DNA of 63,917 bases, filler included. It is 15 parts of 15 records of this genome, joined end to end, with 100 filler letters (N's around TTAATTAATTAA, not from the genome) between each part and the next. Parts side by side here need not be neighbours in the genome. Positions count along the whole stretch, not along the records: positions 60,039 to 63,917 come from SRR7504441_15693; 14 more parts are not named here. The stretch is one strand, 5' to 3'. Both the position numbers and the translations under genes were made by a program. The notes beneath the pieces were generated by a model that did not search any database, was not told where the DNA came from, and was given only the letters and a program-made list of their open reading frames with translations. How positions within the stretch are numbered: position 1 is the first letter of the stretch; the number at the start of each line of letters is the position of its first letter. This document shows, piece after piece, positions 61,767-63,917 of this stretch.

Positions 61767-63917
61767 ATGGCGCGCACCAAGCAGACTCTGCGGGGTACAG
61801 ACGCCGGAGTTCTCTGTGGGATCGGCCCGATGGAGAGCCGGCCGGACCCCGCGCTGCATCCGTTCGGGTGTGGGCTCGCATCCCGAGTGCCAGTGGTCCT
61901 GGGTGACGTTGCGCCGCCCGTACTCGGGCGAGGAGACCTGGCCGCGTGGGCAACGATCGAGGACCTCAAGGTGGCTCGAGAGCAGCTCAAGGTGGTCCGT
62001 TCCGGCGAGGGGTACGCTGTCACCTCTGTCGGCGTCAATCCGTCGGGGCTGGTGCGCGACCGGCATCTTCAGCTGCTCAGGGCCCAGCAGACCGAGCAGC
62101 TCCAGTCCGGAGACGTCCTGATCCTCAACTCCAGGGAAATCCTCAACTCTGGTGGCCGCGATTCCAGCAAGACCGATGACCAGCTCACCGCCAGCAGCTG
62201 TGCCAGCCTGCTATTTGTCTCCGGTGCTGATCCAGCCGTCACTGAGCGACTGCGGTATGCGCAGCTGGTGGCGGAGCTGGCTGCGTTTGGTCGAACCCTT
62301 GCCCAGCGCGCACAGCTCGGACTCCCAGGCCCAGGACCAGTCTGCCGACGCTCACAAGCGAATGCTGCCTCTGCTGACGCGCGCAAGCAGCTGGCGGATG
62401 GATTTGCTGAGCTGCAGAAGGTGTTTGGTACGGTGCGAGCGGCCGGAGAGCAAGCAACCAAGCATGAGCAGCGGCTGCTGGCTCATGCTGTAGAAGCTGC
62501 AAAGACACCCGAGCAGCGCCAAAACGAGCACCGTGAGAGGGCGCAGGATGAGGCTGGTGAGCTACTCGACGCGGCAGCTGAGCAGTACCGCAGTCCGGAC
62601 CGGCCAGAGGATGATGAGTATGAGTGTCATTGTGAATGTTTCTGCGACAACGATCGGTACGGGTACGGTCGTGGATATGGCCGGTATGGATATGGCGCGT
62701 ACGATTCGGAGGAAGGGTGCAGCGGGGATTGCAGATACGGAGACGACTGTGAGTGTTGGATGGATACTAATCGGGATTTTGGCCGCATTAAGAGAGCTGT
62801 GGAGCAGGTCATTGATACGGGGCTTGGGGAGATGGCAGAGCTCTGGTCGGTGGCCGTGGCAAGACTAACAGTGCTGACCATGACTTTGGAGACTTGGAAG
62901 GTAGACGGACTGTTGACTGGCCGCCCAGCTCATTTGGAGCTGATGAGAAAGCTGCTTGCCAGGCTTGGCGGTGAGGTCTGGCCGGCGGTGCTTGCAGCTG
63001 GGAAGGCCGATGGGCCAGAGCGAGAGGACATTCTCACTAGCTTGCACCGGTGGGAATCTCTGGATGATAGCTTTGTCGTGGCTCGAGGGATGGCGTTGGT
63101 ACCGTGGACCAACCCCAGCCTACGTGAGATTTTGGAGACTGGCGCCAGTCTCTGTGGCGCCACAGACCAACCGCTTGCTGAGCACCCCAAGGTGATTGCT
63201 GCGCGGCTGGTTGACTTGCAACAGCGTGAGCCAGCCAGTGTCAGCAGGGTCAACTTGGCTGCCTACCTGGTTAGAACAGCGTACCATCACCAGATCAGTG
63301 ATGCGACTGCAGCAATCACACTGGCCAAAGTAGTTTGCACGATTGCTGCAGGATTTTCTGGTGCGATCTTGGCCGTCAAGCTGGCCGGACGAGCGCTGTG
63401 CTGCGCCTGTTCCCCTCCAAACCGGATCGCAGCCTGCCAGATACTGATGGAGATCAGTGGCACGCAGCCAGCATCAGAGGCTGTATTCAAGAGCCTGTCG
63501 GACAGTGAGGGAGCAGCCTCGATGGAAGTGCTGCTCGACCAGTCACTAGAGCCAACCCAGCTAATTGAGACTTGTGCCCATATGCTTGCCTGCGTTTGCA
63601 GCTCTGAGAAAGATCATGTGATGATTAGCAAATTGGACCTGCTGGGCTATGCAACTGGCCAGCTTTCCAAGGGCCTACCTCAAGTTGGCTATTTGGTTGC
63701 AACAGCGGTCATTTCCAAGCTGACAGATTGGCCTACCTCGATGAAAGGATTGCACTTACAAGCTTTTGAGTTGTTGCTGCAAGCGGGTTATCTCATTGGG
63801 CCAGAGCTTGGAGCTTCGGCTGCTCGTGTTGTCATTAGCAAGGCTCAGCCTCCTGCAAGGGATCTGAACCCTGCTGACACTCTCAAGATAGCACTTTGTG
63901 CAATTAGCCACAATGAC
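61767..63917 (+). CDS. Protein with histone H3-like N-terminus (MARTKQTLR), PNKP/APTX-type FHA-like domain and long helical region; 3'-truncated; absent from the ORF track
   Basis: First ATG after in-frame TGA at 61743; 717 codons with no stop to the window end (hand-translated). FHA-like VLGRGDL...EDLKVAREQL...VTSVGVNPS...LQSGDVLIL. Confidence 0.8.
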   Translation, partial: MARTKQTLRGTDAGVLCGIGPMESRPDPALHPFGCGLASRVPVVLGDVAPPVLGRGDLAAWATIEDLKVAREQLKVVRSGEGYAVTSVGVNPSGLVRDRHLQLLRAQQTEQLQSGDVLILNSREILNSGGRDSSKTDDQLTASSCASLLFVSGADPAVTERLRYAQLVAELAAFGRTLAQRAQLGLPGPGPVCRRSQANAASADARKQLADGFAELQKVFGTVRAAGEQATKHEQRLLAHAVEAAKTPEQRQNEHRERAQDEAGELLDAAAEQYRSPDRPEDDEYECHCECFCDNDRYGYGRGYGRYGYGAYDSEEGCSGDCRYGDDCECWMDTNRDFGRIKRAVEQVIDTGLGEMAELWSVAVARLTVLTMTLETWKVDGLLTGRPAHLELMRKLLARLGGEVWPAVLAAGKADGPEREDILTSLHRWESLDDSFVVARGMALVPWTNPSLREILETGASLCGATDQPLAEHPKVIAARLVDLQQREPASVSRVNLAAYLVRTAYHHQISDATAAITLAKVVCTIAAGFSGAILAVKLAGRALCCACSPPNRIAACQILMEISGTQPASEAVFKSLSDSEGAASMEVLLDQSLEPTQLIETCAHMLACVCSSEKDHVMISKLDLLGYATGQLSKGLPQVGYLVATAVISKLTDWPTSMKGLHLQAFELLLQAGYLIGPELGASAARVVISKAQPPARDLNPADTLKIALCAISHND

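Overview
This window is not one continuous locus. It is 15 short contigs (about 3-8 kb each) joined by artificial 100-nt spacers (N44-TTAATTAATTAA-N44), so gene neighbourhoods mean nothing across spacers. The DNA comes from a GC-rich, gene-dense, flagellated microbial eukaryote (RSPH14, CDC23/APC8, COG4, ALG6, LKR/SDH, HisD, PARN-like nuclease) using the standard genetic code. Conserved genes are split by many tiny spliceosomal introns (mostly 33-50 nt), so the ORF track is fragmentary; I rebuilt gene models by hand and their exon boundaries are inferences. Main observations: (1) a recurrent non-coding signature, a 9-bp direct repeat separated by exactly TA, on at least 7 independent contigs, resembling excision footprints of an unidentified mobile element; (2) an ORF missing from the track (61767 to window end) that starts with a histone H3 tail mimic (MARTKQTLR) followed by a PNKP/aprataxin-type FHA-like domain, head-to-head with a SAM + dynamin-like GTPase; (3) at least 11 GC-AG introns; (4) a shared (T)CCGTTA motif in very short promoters; (5) unusual architectures: LCAT-like fused to a 4-TM module, a myristoylated EF-hand giant protein with a possible CE-clan protease motif, an S53 peptidase with Cys-rich inserts, and a CaaX-ended SDR. 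No database searches were run; family calls rest on motif recognition.
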